The position numbers and the translations under genes were made by a program. A stretch of DNA of 57,620 nt from Spirochaetota bacterium (lineage in GTDB: Bacteria > Spirochaetota > Spirochaetia > DSM-27196 > PWMO01), in the NCBI GenBank assembly GCA_009908925.1, contig JAAAOH010000318.1, positions 1 through 57,620 of the forward strand, given 5' to 3'. Shown here one piece after another: positions 27,181-35,140 of this stretch. Every line of letters starts with the position of its first letter. Positions within the stretch are counted from its first letter, which is position 1. The notes under the pieces were generated by a model. The model saw only the letters and a program-made list of their open reading frames with translations. It ran no database searches and was not told the origin of the DNA.

Positions 27181-27655
27181 GTCGGTAACAACCCGGGCGC
27201 ATCCGCTTGCCCGGTTCCTCGATGTTCTTCGCGAGGAGTTCGGCATGACCGGTGTCAAAGAGGGATGCGGCGAGGGCGAGTGCGGAGCATGCTCCGTGCT
27301 CAAGGACGGCCGCATCGTCAACTCCTGCATCCTCTCGGTCGGCATGATCGAGGGCTGCTCGATCGAGACCCCGGAGGGTATCTCCGCAACCGAGAAGGGT
27401 GCGCTCATCTCCGACGGCTACGCCGAGGCCGGCGCCGTACAGTGCGGTTTCTGCATGACCGGCATGCTCGTTGCAACGGAGGCCCTGCTGCGGGAGAACC
27501 CCGATCCTGATGAGTGGACCATCCGCACGGCGATCTCTGGAAACCTGTGCCGGTGCACGGGCTACGCGCTGGTTGTGGACGGGGTCCAGCGGGCGGCCGA
27601 GAGGCGGGCCGCGGGGACGCAGCCGGCCCGGATGCAACCGGGAGGCCAGTCATGA
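27149..27655 (+). CDS. xdhC: xanthine dehydrogenase family [2Fe-2S] small subunit
   Basis: GCGEGECGACSV, QCGFCMTGML and CRCTGY. 168 aa. Overlaps the xdhA end. Confidence 0.9.
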   Translation: MYEISFTLNGKSVTTRAHPLARFLDVLREEFGMTGVKEGCGEGECGACSVLKDGRIVNSCILSVGMIEGCSIETPEGISATEKGALISDGYAEAGAVQCGFCMTGMLVATEALLRENPDPDEWTIRTAISGNLCRCTGYALVVDGVQRAAERRAAGTQPARMQPGGQS

Positions 27656-28548
27656 GCGCCGCCGGCCCCGATTTCTACAGCCCGAAGACGCTCGCAGAGG
27701 CATTGGAGGTTCGTGGCCGCACGGGCGCAATCCCGCTCGCCGGCGGCACCGACCTGCTGGTGCGGCGTCGAAGCTGGGCAGGCACGTTGCCCGAAATCGA
27801 CGAGCCTGTAGTCTTCATCGGCGCCGTTCCGGAGCTTTCAGGTGCAGAGGAGACCGAGACCGACGCGGGCAGGACGCTTCGCGTGGGCGCCGGGGTCACG
27901 TATGCCGATCTCCTCGTCGATTCGCGAGTTCCCGAGCTCCTTCGGGACTCCATTGCAGAGCTTGCAGCCCCCGGACTTCGCAACGTCGCGACGCTGGCGG
28001 GAAATATCTGCAACGCCTCCCCGGCGGCGGACGCCGTCTGCGCGCTCTACGCGCTCGACGCGAGCGTTGAACTCGCCTCCGCGGCCGGTACACGCACCGT
28101 CCCGATCGGCGAGTTCATTCTCGGCCCGGGCCGCACCACACTCGGCATCGATGAGCTCGTGGTGGCGGTGAGCATTCCGCAGATCGAGGGTAACCGTGTC
28201 TTCTACCACAAGGTGGGTACGCGTCGCGCGAACGCCCTGTCGAAGCTCTCCATCTGCGCCCATGCTACGGTGGTGGGGGACACCGTCGCCGCGGTGGCCG
28301 TGGCCCTCGGCGCGGTTGCACCCACGGTCGTTCGCGTGCGCGAGGCGGAGGAACTCGTGCGCTCCGCACCGGTATCGGGTATTGAATCCCGCATCGAGTC
28401 CGTTCTCGATGCCTATCGGCCCTTCGTCACGCCTATCTCGGATCAGCGGTCCACCGCGGAGTATCGAACGGAGGTGGCGCTCGGCCTGGTGAAGCGGTTT
28501 CTCGGAGAGTACCTGATCGCACCTGGATTGGCAAAGAATCCGGCGTAA
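27652..28548 (+). CDS. xdhB: xanthine dehydrogenase family FAD-binding subunit
   Basis: ATGA overlap with the Fe-S subunit and GGGAGG upstream. CoxM/XdhB pattern: AGGTDLLV, ATLAGNICNASPAAD, D.RSTAEYR. The listed ORF start at 27514 is out-of-frame overlap. Confidence 0.88.
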   Translation: MSAAGPDFYSPKTLAEALEVRGRTGAIPLAGGTDLLVRRRSWAGTLPEIDEPVVFIGAVPELSGAEETETDAGRTLRVGAGVTYADLLVDSRVPELLRDSIAELAAPGLRNVATLAGNICNASPAADAVCALYALDASVELASAAGTRTVPIGEFILGPGRTTLGIDELVVAVSIPQIEGNRVFYHKVGTRRANALSKLSICAHATVVGDTVAAVAVALGAVAPTVVRVREAEELVRSAPVSGIESRIESVLDAYRPFVTPISDQRSTAEYRTEVALGLVKRFLGEYLIAPGLAKNPA

Positions 28549-28607
28549 GCCCCGAGCCGCACCGGCTGTTTGCATTTTCTTACCGATTTCGTGTATTTTT
28601 TTTCACC

Positions 28608-29648
28608 ATGAACGTCGTTACCGTTCGGCATGCCGAGCTAATGCTCTCCGGGTGTACGACCGCCGCAGATCACACCTACATCTGGCCCAACGACACACGG
28701 GTGGATGACGAGCTCGAGGCTGTCGCGGAGATGGGATTGCGGGTCCACTGCTCCCGGGGGTCCATGTCGGTGGGAGAGAGCCGCGGAGGACTCCCGCCGG
28801 ACAGCGTTGTGGAGGATGAGGATGCGATTCTGGCCGACACGCGACGGTTCATCGAGGAGTATCACGACGATCGCAACTACGCGATGACGCGCATCGTGGT
28901 AGCGCCGTGCTCGCCGTTCTCGGTTTCGGAGGACCTCATGAGAGAGAGCGCCGAGCTTGCCAGAAGCTACGGGGTGCACCTGCACACACACCTGGCCGAA
29001 ACCCGGGACGAGGAGGCCTACTGCCGAGGAACCCTCGGCGCGACGCCGGTGGAGTTTGCCGAGCGCGTGGGTTGGGCCGGTGATGATGTGTGGTTTGCTC
29101 ACATGGTGCACCCCCGTGAGGAGGAGATAACGCGTCTCGGCCGGCACCGCTGCGGCGCGGCGCACTGCCCGAGCTCCAACATGCGGCTCGGTTCCGGAAT
29201 TGCGCCCATTGCCCGCATGCACGCTGCCGGGATGCGTGTCGGGATCGGCGTGGACGGTTCGGCGTCAAACGACAGCTCGAACATGCTCGGTGAGGTGCGA
29301 CAGGCGATGCTTCTGCAGCGCCTTACGGGCTCCGGGGACATGAGCGCCCGCGAGGCGCTGTGGTACGCCACACGCGGCGGGGCGGCCGTGCTCGGGAGGG
29401 ACGACATCGGACGGATCGCGCCCGGGACGGCGGCGGACATCATCGGCGTGCGGCTCGACACGCTGTCCATGGCGGGCGGCGCCGTGCATGACCCCCTTGC
29501 GGCGCTGGTCTTCTGCAGCAATCCGGCGGTTTCGTTCTCTCTCATCAACGGGCGGCAGCGCGTCGTCGACGGTGAGCTGACCGGAGTCGACGTAGCTGCC
29601 CAGGTCTCACGTCACAACCGTGCCGCAACACGGCTCATCGACGGGTAG
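28608..29648 (+). CDS. 8-oxoguanine/isoxanthopterin deaminase-like amidohydrolase lacking the N-terminal ~100 residues (possibly a pseudogene)
   Basis: Homology starts mid-protein (AELMLSGCTTAADHTY...) and continues through HLHTHLAET, AHCPSSNMRLGSG and GVDGSASND. The N-terminal beta-sandwich and HxH metal motif are absent. Only 59 nt separate it from xdhB. Confidence 0.7.
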   Translation: MNVVTVRHAELMLSGCTTAADHTYIWPNDTRVDDELEAVAEMGLRVHCSRGSMSVGESRGGLPPDSVVEDEDAILADTRRFIEEYHDDRNYAMTRIVVAPCSPFSVSEDLMRESAELARSYGVHLHTHLAETRDEEAYCRGTLGATPVEFAERVGWAGDDVWFAHMVHPREEEITRLGRHRCGAAHCPSSNMRLGSGIAPIARMHAAGMRVGIGVDGSASNDSSNMLGEVRQAMLLQRLTGSGDMSAREALWYATRGGAAVLGRDDIGRIAPGTAADIIGVRLDTLSMAGGAVHDPLAALVFCSNPAVSFSLINGRQRVVDGELTGVDVAAQVSRHNRAATRLIDG

Positions 29649-29654
29649 GCTGCT

Positions 29655-30518
29655 ATGGATCTTATCGAGGTGAGTGACATCGTGCGACCGCGGAGTGAGG
29701 CGGATATACCACCATGGCAGGAGGGAGATGCGTACGTGGCCGGGGGCACGTGGTTATTCTCCGAGCCGCAGCCCGGCGTTCGACGGCTTGTCGATCTGAC
29801 CGACATCCCCTGGACACCCATCGAGCGCACCGACGACGTTATTCGGATTTCCGCAACCTGCACCTATGACGAGCTCGAAGCCGGTGGCGAGCTGCTCGGG
29901 GGGGCGGGGCCGCTGTTTTCCCGCGCGATCCGCACGCTCTCATCGAGCTTCAAGACCTACGGCGAGGCGACACTCGGCGGCAACATCTGCCTCGCATACG
30001 CGAAGTCGATGATGGCGCCGGTTTGTTGCGCGCTCGGGGCGACCTACGATCTTGCCACGCCGGAGGGACGGTCGCGGCGCGTCCTGGCCACGCTATTCCA
30101 GATCGATGCGCGAGAGACCATTCGCCGTCCCGGCGAATACCTCCGGGCAATTCTCATTCCGGCCGCGGCTACGAACGCTGCGTACGCGCTTCGCGCTCAC
30201 AGTTACACACCGACAAGCCACGCAACGGCCATGGTCATCGCGACGCGGCAGCCGGGGGCGGGCGGAAACGGATCGCGGGCTCATGAGGCGATGGCGCTCG
30301 TGGTGTCGGCCGCTACGACGCACCCGGTGCGTGTGGAGCTCGCCCCGGGCGCCCGAGAGGAGGACGCTGCCGCCGCCGCGGTGCGCGTCTGCAATAAGTC
30401 CTCCCTGCTCGATGACGCCCACGGCTCGGCAGCCTACCGCCGGGCGGTGGTGGCTCATCTCGCGGCACGCGCCACGGCGGCCGTCGGGAACAACGGGAGC
30501 GAAGAGGTGCGCTCATGA
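29655..30518 (+). CDS. FAD-binding subunit of a molybdenum hydroxylase (CoxM/YgfM-like)
   Basis: AGGTWLFSEPQ and TLGGNIC motifs. ATGA-coupled to the following Fe-S/Moco fusion. Confidence 0.8.
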   Translation: MDLIEVSDIVRPRSEADIPPWQEGDAYVAGGTWLFSEPQPGVRRLVDLTDIPWTPIERTDDVIRISATCTYDELEAGGELLGGAGPLFSRAIRTLSSSFKTYGEATLGGNICLAYAKSMMAPVCCALGATYDLATPEGRSRRVLATLFQIDARETIRRPGEYLRAILIPAAATNAAYALRAHSYTPTSHATAMVIATRQPGAGGNGSRAHEAMALVVSAATTHPVRVELAPGAREEDAAAAAVRVCNKSSLLDDAHGSAAYRRAVVAHLAARATAAVGNNGSEEVRS

Positions 30519-33403
30519 GAACGACGTCTCGCGTGAACGGGGTACAGCGGCAACTCGACCACGAGCCCGGAGACAGCCTTCTAACCGCGCTTCGATCCAA
30601 CGGGGTAACCGGTCCGAAGCGGGGCTGTGAGGCCGGCGACTGCGGCTGCTGCACCGTATGGATCGACGGCGAGGCGGTGCAGTCCTGCCTCTTCCCGGCC
30701 TTTCGTGCGGGGCATCGTCAGGTGACGACGATCGAAGGGCTTGCCCGCGTCTCCGGGGCGGCCGTCGTCGGCCATAGGACTTTGCCCCTTCATCCGGTTC
30801 AACAGGCCTTTCTCGACGAAGAGGGATATCAGTGCGGCTACTGCACCGCCGGGATGATCATGACCCTCGCATCCCCAGGGGCGGAGCGCTGCGACGGCCT
30901 CGGGGCACGGACGAAGGGAAATATCTGTCGCTGTACCGGCTGGAAATCCATCGAGCGGGCCGCGCATGCGGTCGAGGAACCCCGGCAGGCGGCGCTGCGC
31001 GAGGAGGAGACCGCCGGTGGTGTCGGCGCATCGGTTCCGAACCGTCATGGCCCCGACATCGTGAGCGGGGTCCCCTCCTTCACGAGTGACTTCCATGACG
31101 AGCTCCCCGGAGACGCAGAGCTCCTCCATATCGCGGCGGTTCGCTCGCCGCATGCCCATGCCGAGATCCACCGCGTAGACGCGGCCGCGGCGCTGGCCAC
31201 CGACGGCGTTATCGATGTGTTCTGGCACGAGCATGTCCCGCGCGTACCCTACACGACTGCCTGCCACCCCGCAGAGCCGCGAGATGCCTTCGACACCTAT
31301 CTGCTCGACAATCGGGTTCGGTTCGTCGGGCAGCGGGTAGCCATCGTCGTAGCAGAGTCGGTGCAGGCGGCGCGGCGTGCCGCCCGACGTGTCCGCGTGG
31401 AGTACACGGTACTCCAGTCTGTTATTGATCCGAGAGAGGCGCTCCGCGAGGGCGCGCCCGTTATCCATCCGGAGGCGGAGTCAACGCAGATTGCCGATCC
31501 GTGCCGCAATCTCATCGGTGAAATACGCTACCGACGGGGGGATGTGGAGGCCGGCCTGGCGGCGGCCGACGAGACCGTTGAGCTCGAGGTAGAGACGCCG
31601 CGGCAGCAGCACACCCATCTCGAGCCTCATACAGCGACGGCCTGGGTGGAGAATGACGGAACGTCGGAGGGGCTGCTTGTCGTGCGCACGAGCACACAGG
31701 TCCCGTATCTCACCCGGCGCACGCTCGCGCGCTCCCTCGGCCGAACGGAGGAGAGCATCCGCGTCTTCAAGCCGCGCGTCGGCGGGGGGTTCGGCAACAA
31801 GCAGGAGGTACTCTGCGAAGACCTCGTGGCGTTTACGGCGCTGCGGCTCGGGAGGCCGGTGAGCTGGGAGCTCTCTCGTGACGAGGAGTTCATAGCCACG
31901 AACACCCGCCACCCCATGATCCTCAGGGTTCGCGCGGGCGCCACGCGTGCCGGAGCTCTCACCGCCCTGTGTCTGGACTTCCTCGCCACCGGTGGGGCTT
32001 ACGGGAATCACTCCTATGACGTGCTCGAATGCGGCGCTTTCGAATCCCTTGCGTTGTACACCTGCGATGCCAAGGAGACCCATGGTCGTGCCGTGTATAC
32101 GAATACCGTGCCGGCCGGTGCCTTCCGCGGCTACGGTGCGGCGCAGACCACTTTTGCCGTGGACTCCGCGCTCGACGAGCTGGCCCTGAAACTTGGGATG
32201 GATCCCTGGGAGTTTCGACGCATGAACGTGGTGGGGCCCGACTCACCACTTCATCTCGGGCAGGAGGCGGACGCGTCGCACCGCCTCGGCGGCTATGCAC
32301 TCGACCGATGCCTCGACTACGTGCAGCGTAGGCTCAACGAGCTCGACGCCGCCGGAGAGGCGCATGCCGCGTCGAGCGGGAGCACCGAGTGGCGCTACGG
32401 CAGCGGGTTCGGTGTCTCCACGGTGGCCAGCGGGCTCGCCGATATCCATGTCTCCGGTGCAACCGCCGAGCTCACCGAGAGCGGCGTGCGGATCTGCACC
32501 GCTACCGCTGATATCGGCACGGGCTCGGATACGACCCTCGCGCAGATTGCAGCCGAAACGCTCGGCATCGGCTTCGACCGCATCGAGCTTCAAAGCGGAG
32601 ACACCGCCCGTGCTCCCGAAGACTCCGGTGCCTACGCATCCGCAACGGCCTATATCGGTGGCCGTGCGGTTGCGCTTGCTGCCGAACGCCTGCGGGAACG
32701 AATCCGTAAGCTCTCGGCAATCGTCCATGCGAGTGACCCGGAGGAGCTCGAGCTCACCGATCAGGGGATCGTGCGGCGTCCCGCGCGCCCAGGGGATGAC
32801 GGAGGCCGACCGACGAGGACCGTGGGCTTTGCCGAGCTTCTGCAGGCTGCGAAGGAGGCCGGTACGACGCTTCGGGCGAGCTCCGAGAGCGTCTCCTACC
32901 AAAGCGTGTCGATGAGCTTCGCCGTGGTGGGCGTGCATCTTCGCTGCCATGTTCCCACCGGGAGGGTCGAAGTCCTGGACGTGGTCCAGGGTGTCGACGC
33001 CGGACGGCTTCTGAATCCGCGCATCGCGCGTGCCCAGGCGGAGGGTGCTACCGCTCAGTCCATCGGCTATTCACTGAGCGAAGAGCTCGTCATAGACGAC
33101 AGCGGGAGGGTGGAAAATCCGACGTTTCGCGAGTATCGTGTACCCGCAGTGGGAGACATTGGTCCCATGGAGACGGTATTTTTCGAGGATCCCGACGATG
33201 CGGGCCCGTTCGGGGCGAAGGCGTTGGGTGAGCTCACCACCACTGCCGCACCTGCAGCGGTTGCCAACGCGGTCAGGCGCGCGATCGGGTCGCGCCCGAC
33301 GCGGTTGCCGCTGACCGGTGAGACCGTGTGGCGGCTGCTGAACGACGCAACAGCAAAAGGAGGGCCGGTTCATGAGAAAGCAGACCGAGCTTCTCGGAAG
33401 TAG
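30515..33403 (+). CDS. second XdhD-type fused [2Fe-2S]/molybdopterin hydroxylase, substrate unknown
   Basis: CEAGDCGCCTV, QCGYCTAGMIM and CRCTGW, followed by large-subunit motifs GGGFGNKQ (not GGGFGGKE), GAFRGYGAAQ and GAKALGE. 962 aa. Confidence 0.85.
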   Translation: MRTTSRVNGVQRQLDHEPGDSLLTALRSNGVTGPKRGCEAGDCGCCTVWIDGEAVQSCLFPAFRAGHRQVTTIEGLARVSGAAVVGHRTLPLHPVQQAFLDEEGYQCGYCTAGMIMTLASPGAERCDGLGARTKGNICRCTGWKSIERAAHAVEEPRQAALREEETAGGVGASVPNRHGPDIVSGVPSFTSDFHDELPGDAELLHIAAVRSPHAHAEIHRVDAAAALATDGVIDVFWHEHVPRVPYTTACHPAEPRDAFDTYLLDNRVRFVGQRVAIVVAESVQAARRAARRVRVEYTVLQSVIDPREALREGAPVIHPEAESTQIADPCRNLIGEIRYRRGDVEAGLAAADETVELEVETPRQQHTHLEPHTATAWVENDGTSEGLLVVRTSTQVPYLTRRTLARSLGRTEESIRVFKPRVGGGFGNKQEVLCEDLVAFTALRLGRPVSWELSRDEEFIATNTRHPMILRVRAGATRAGALTALCLDFLATGGAYGNHSYDVLECGAFESLALYTCDAKETHGRAVYTNTVPAGAFRGYGAAQTTFAVDSALDELALKLGMDPWEFRRMNVVGPDSPLHLGQEADASHRLGGYALDRCLDYVQRRLNELDAAGEAHAASSGSTEWRYGSGFGVSTVASGLADIHVSGATAELTESGVRICTATADIGTGSDTTLAQIAAETLGIGFDRIELQSGDTARAPEDSGAYASATAYIGGRAVALAAERLRERIRKLSAIVHASDPEELELTDQGIVRRPARPGDDGGRPTRTVGFAELLQAAKEAGTTLRASSESVSYQSVSMSFAVVGVHLRCHVPTGRVEVLDVVQGVDAGRLLNPRIARAQAEGATAQSIGYSLSEELVIDDSGRVENPTFREYRVPAVGDIGPMETVFFEDPDDAGPFGAKALGELTTTAAPAAVANAVRRAIGSRPTRLPLTGETVWRLLNDATAKGGPVHEKADRASRK

Positions 33404-34136
33404 GACGCGTGTCGAGGCGCGCTACGCGCTTATTCCGCTCGACGGCATCCCGCTTTCACGCCTGCCGGCGTGGCCCGATGCGGAGGTACAGGTGCTCGCA
33501 GCTCCGGCTCTCGGTGCGCAGTTCGCCGAGTACCGGATTCACATGCCGCCCGGCACCGGGGGTGCGTACGGCGCCGATGGAGAGACCGAGCACTTCCTTT
33601 TCGTGCTCGACGGTGCGGTGGAGCTCGGCCTCGAGTCCGGCACCGGCACCGGGGCCCACCGACTTGATTCAGGCGGCTATGCCCTCATCCCGCCGAGCGC
33701 GGGCTACCGAGTTCGTGCCGCCGAGGATACGACCCTTCTTCTGCTTCGCAAGCGGTATGAGCCCCTGCCCGAGGTCGAGGAGTTCGAGGCGCTCATCGGG
33801 TCCCAGCAGGACGTTCGCGGCGAAGTCTACATGGGGGACGAGGGAGCGCTCTTGCAGTCGCTCGTTCCCAAAGACTTCTCCTACGACCTCGCGATGAACA
33901 TCTTTACCTTCGAGACCGGGCACAGCCTGCCGGTTACCGAAACCCACGTTATGGAACACGGTTTGTACGTGCTTGCCGGAAAGGGGTTGTACTACCTCGG
34001 AGGTACCTGGATGGAAGTGAGAGAAAGCGACTTCATCTGGATGGGGCCCTTCTGTCCCCAGAGTTACTACGCGACCGGGCCCGAGCCGACTCGCTACATC
34101 TACTACAAGAACGTGAATCGCGAAATACCCCTCTGA
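33372..34136 (+). CDS. allE: (S)-ureidoglycine aminohydrolase (bicupin)
   Basis: Collinear with E. coli AllE/YlbA as remembered: two cupin halves, ...E.F.FV..G...L, ET.HVMEHGLYVL.G.G.Y.L...W..V...DFIWMG, YIYYK.VNR. Confidence 0.85.
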   Translation: MRKQTELLGSRTRVEARYALIPLDGIPLSRLPAWPDAEVQVLAAPALGAQFAEYRIHMPPGTGGAYGADGETEHFLFVLDGAVELGLESGTGTGAHRLDSGGYALIPPSAGYRVRAAEDTTLLLLRKRYEPLPEVEEFEALIGSQQDVRGEVYMGDEGALLQSLVPKDFSYDLAMNIFTFETGHSLPVTETHVMEHGLYVLAGKGLYYLGGTWMEVRESDFIWMGPFCPQSYYATGPEPTRYIYYKNVNREIPL

Positions 34137-34156
34137 GCAACCGAAAGGAGCATATC

Positions 34157-35140
34157 ATGAACGAGAAGATTTACCGCGACGACGACGTGGATGAGTCCGT
34201 ACTCGACGGGAAGACCATAGCGGTCATCGGCTACGGCATTCAGGGAAAGGTTCAGGCAATGAACGCTCGCGACTCCGGTTGCAGCGTCATCGTCGGGACC
34301 CGCCCCGCCTCCCGCAGCCGATCCCGCCGGGAGGCGGAGGCCGACGGCTTCGAGGTCCGCGACTACGCCGAGGCCGTATCGAAAGGCGATGTACTGCTCA
34401 TCGAGCTCGCCGATCCGGCGCAACCACCTGTCTACGCCGAATCCATCGAGCCGAACCTGCGTGCCGGACAGACCCTCGTCTTCTGTCACGGATTCAACGT
34501 GCTTTACGGCTCCATCAAGCCGCCGGAGAATGTGAACACGGCCCTCTTCGTGCCGAACGCGCCCGGCGCTTTTGTCCGCGAGAAGTATCAGAATGGCGAG
34601 GGCATCTACGGATGTATCAGCGTAGACCACGATGCCACGGGAAATGCGCGCGAGATCGCGCTTGCCGTATCCAAGGTGGTCGGATCGACGCGTGCCGGTG
34701 TAGTGGAGCTGACGTTCCAGCAGGAAACCGAAGGCGATAACTTCGAGGAGCAGATCCTCTACGGCGGGGTAATCCACCTCATGCGGTTGTGCTTTCAGAC
34801 GATGGTGAACAACGGCTACCCGGCGAGCTTTGCCTACGCGAAGTCGATCCGATCGCTTCGCAGTGTGATCGACGTGATGGACGAGCACGGGATCGAGGAC
34901 TACCTGACCGGCCGCTCGAGCCGAACCTGCGAGTTCGCGGTCCGTACTCGGGGGCCGCGGGTCATAAACGACGAAGAGGTAGCAAAGATCTTCGCCGAGA
35001 CCGAGCAGGGCATCTTTGCGCGCGACTGGATGCAGGAGTGGCAGCTCGGCATGCCCCAGATTCATCGCCTACGGAGAGCCCAGGCCGACACCACCATGGA
35101 GCAGACCGGCCGGGACTGGCGCGAGCAGTTCGGCGTATGA
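34157..35140 (+). CDS. ketol-acid reductoisomerase-fold (class I KARI-like) oxidoreductase paralogue
   Basis: Full-length collinearity with class I IlvC: LDGKTIAVIGYGIQG, LVFCHGFNV, TFQQETEGDNFEEQ. Several canonical catalytic motifs are replaced (see finding). AAAGGAG RBS. Confidence 0.8.
   Translation: MNEKIYRDDDVDESVLDGKTIAVIGYGIQGKVQAMNARDSGCSVIVGTRPASRSRSRREAEADGFEVRDYAEAVSKGDVLLIELADPAQPPVYAESIEPNLRAGQTLVFCHGFNVLYGSIKPPENVNTALFVPNAPGAFVREKYQNGEGIYGCISVDHDATGNAREIALAVSKVVGSTRAGVVELTFQQETEGDNFEEQILYGGVIHLMRLCFQTMVNNGYPASFAYAKSIRSLRSVIDVMDEHGIEDYLTGRSSRTCEFAVRTRGPRVINDEEVAKIFAETEQGIFARDWMQEWQLGMPQIHRLRRAQADTTMEQTGRDWREQFGV

Noticed and set aside
24907-28575. Antisense ORFs 24907-26457, 26569-27408, 27116-27637 and 27838-28575 opposite the xdhA/Fe-S/FAD genes
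   Set aside because: Same reasoning: the sense strand carries textbook Mo-hydroxylase motifs and the antisense translations are compositionally biased junk.
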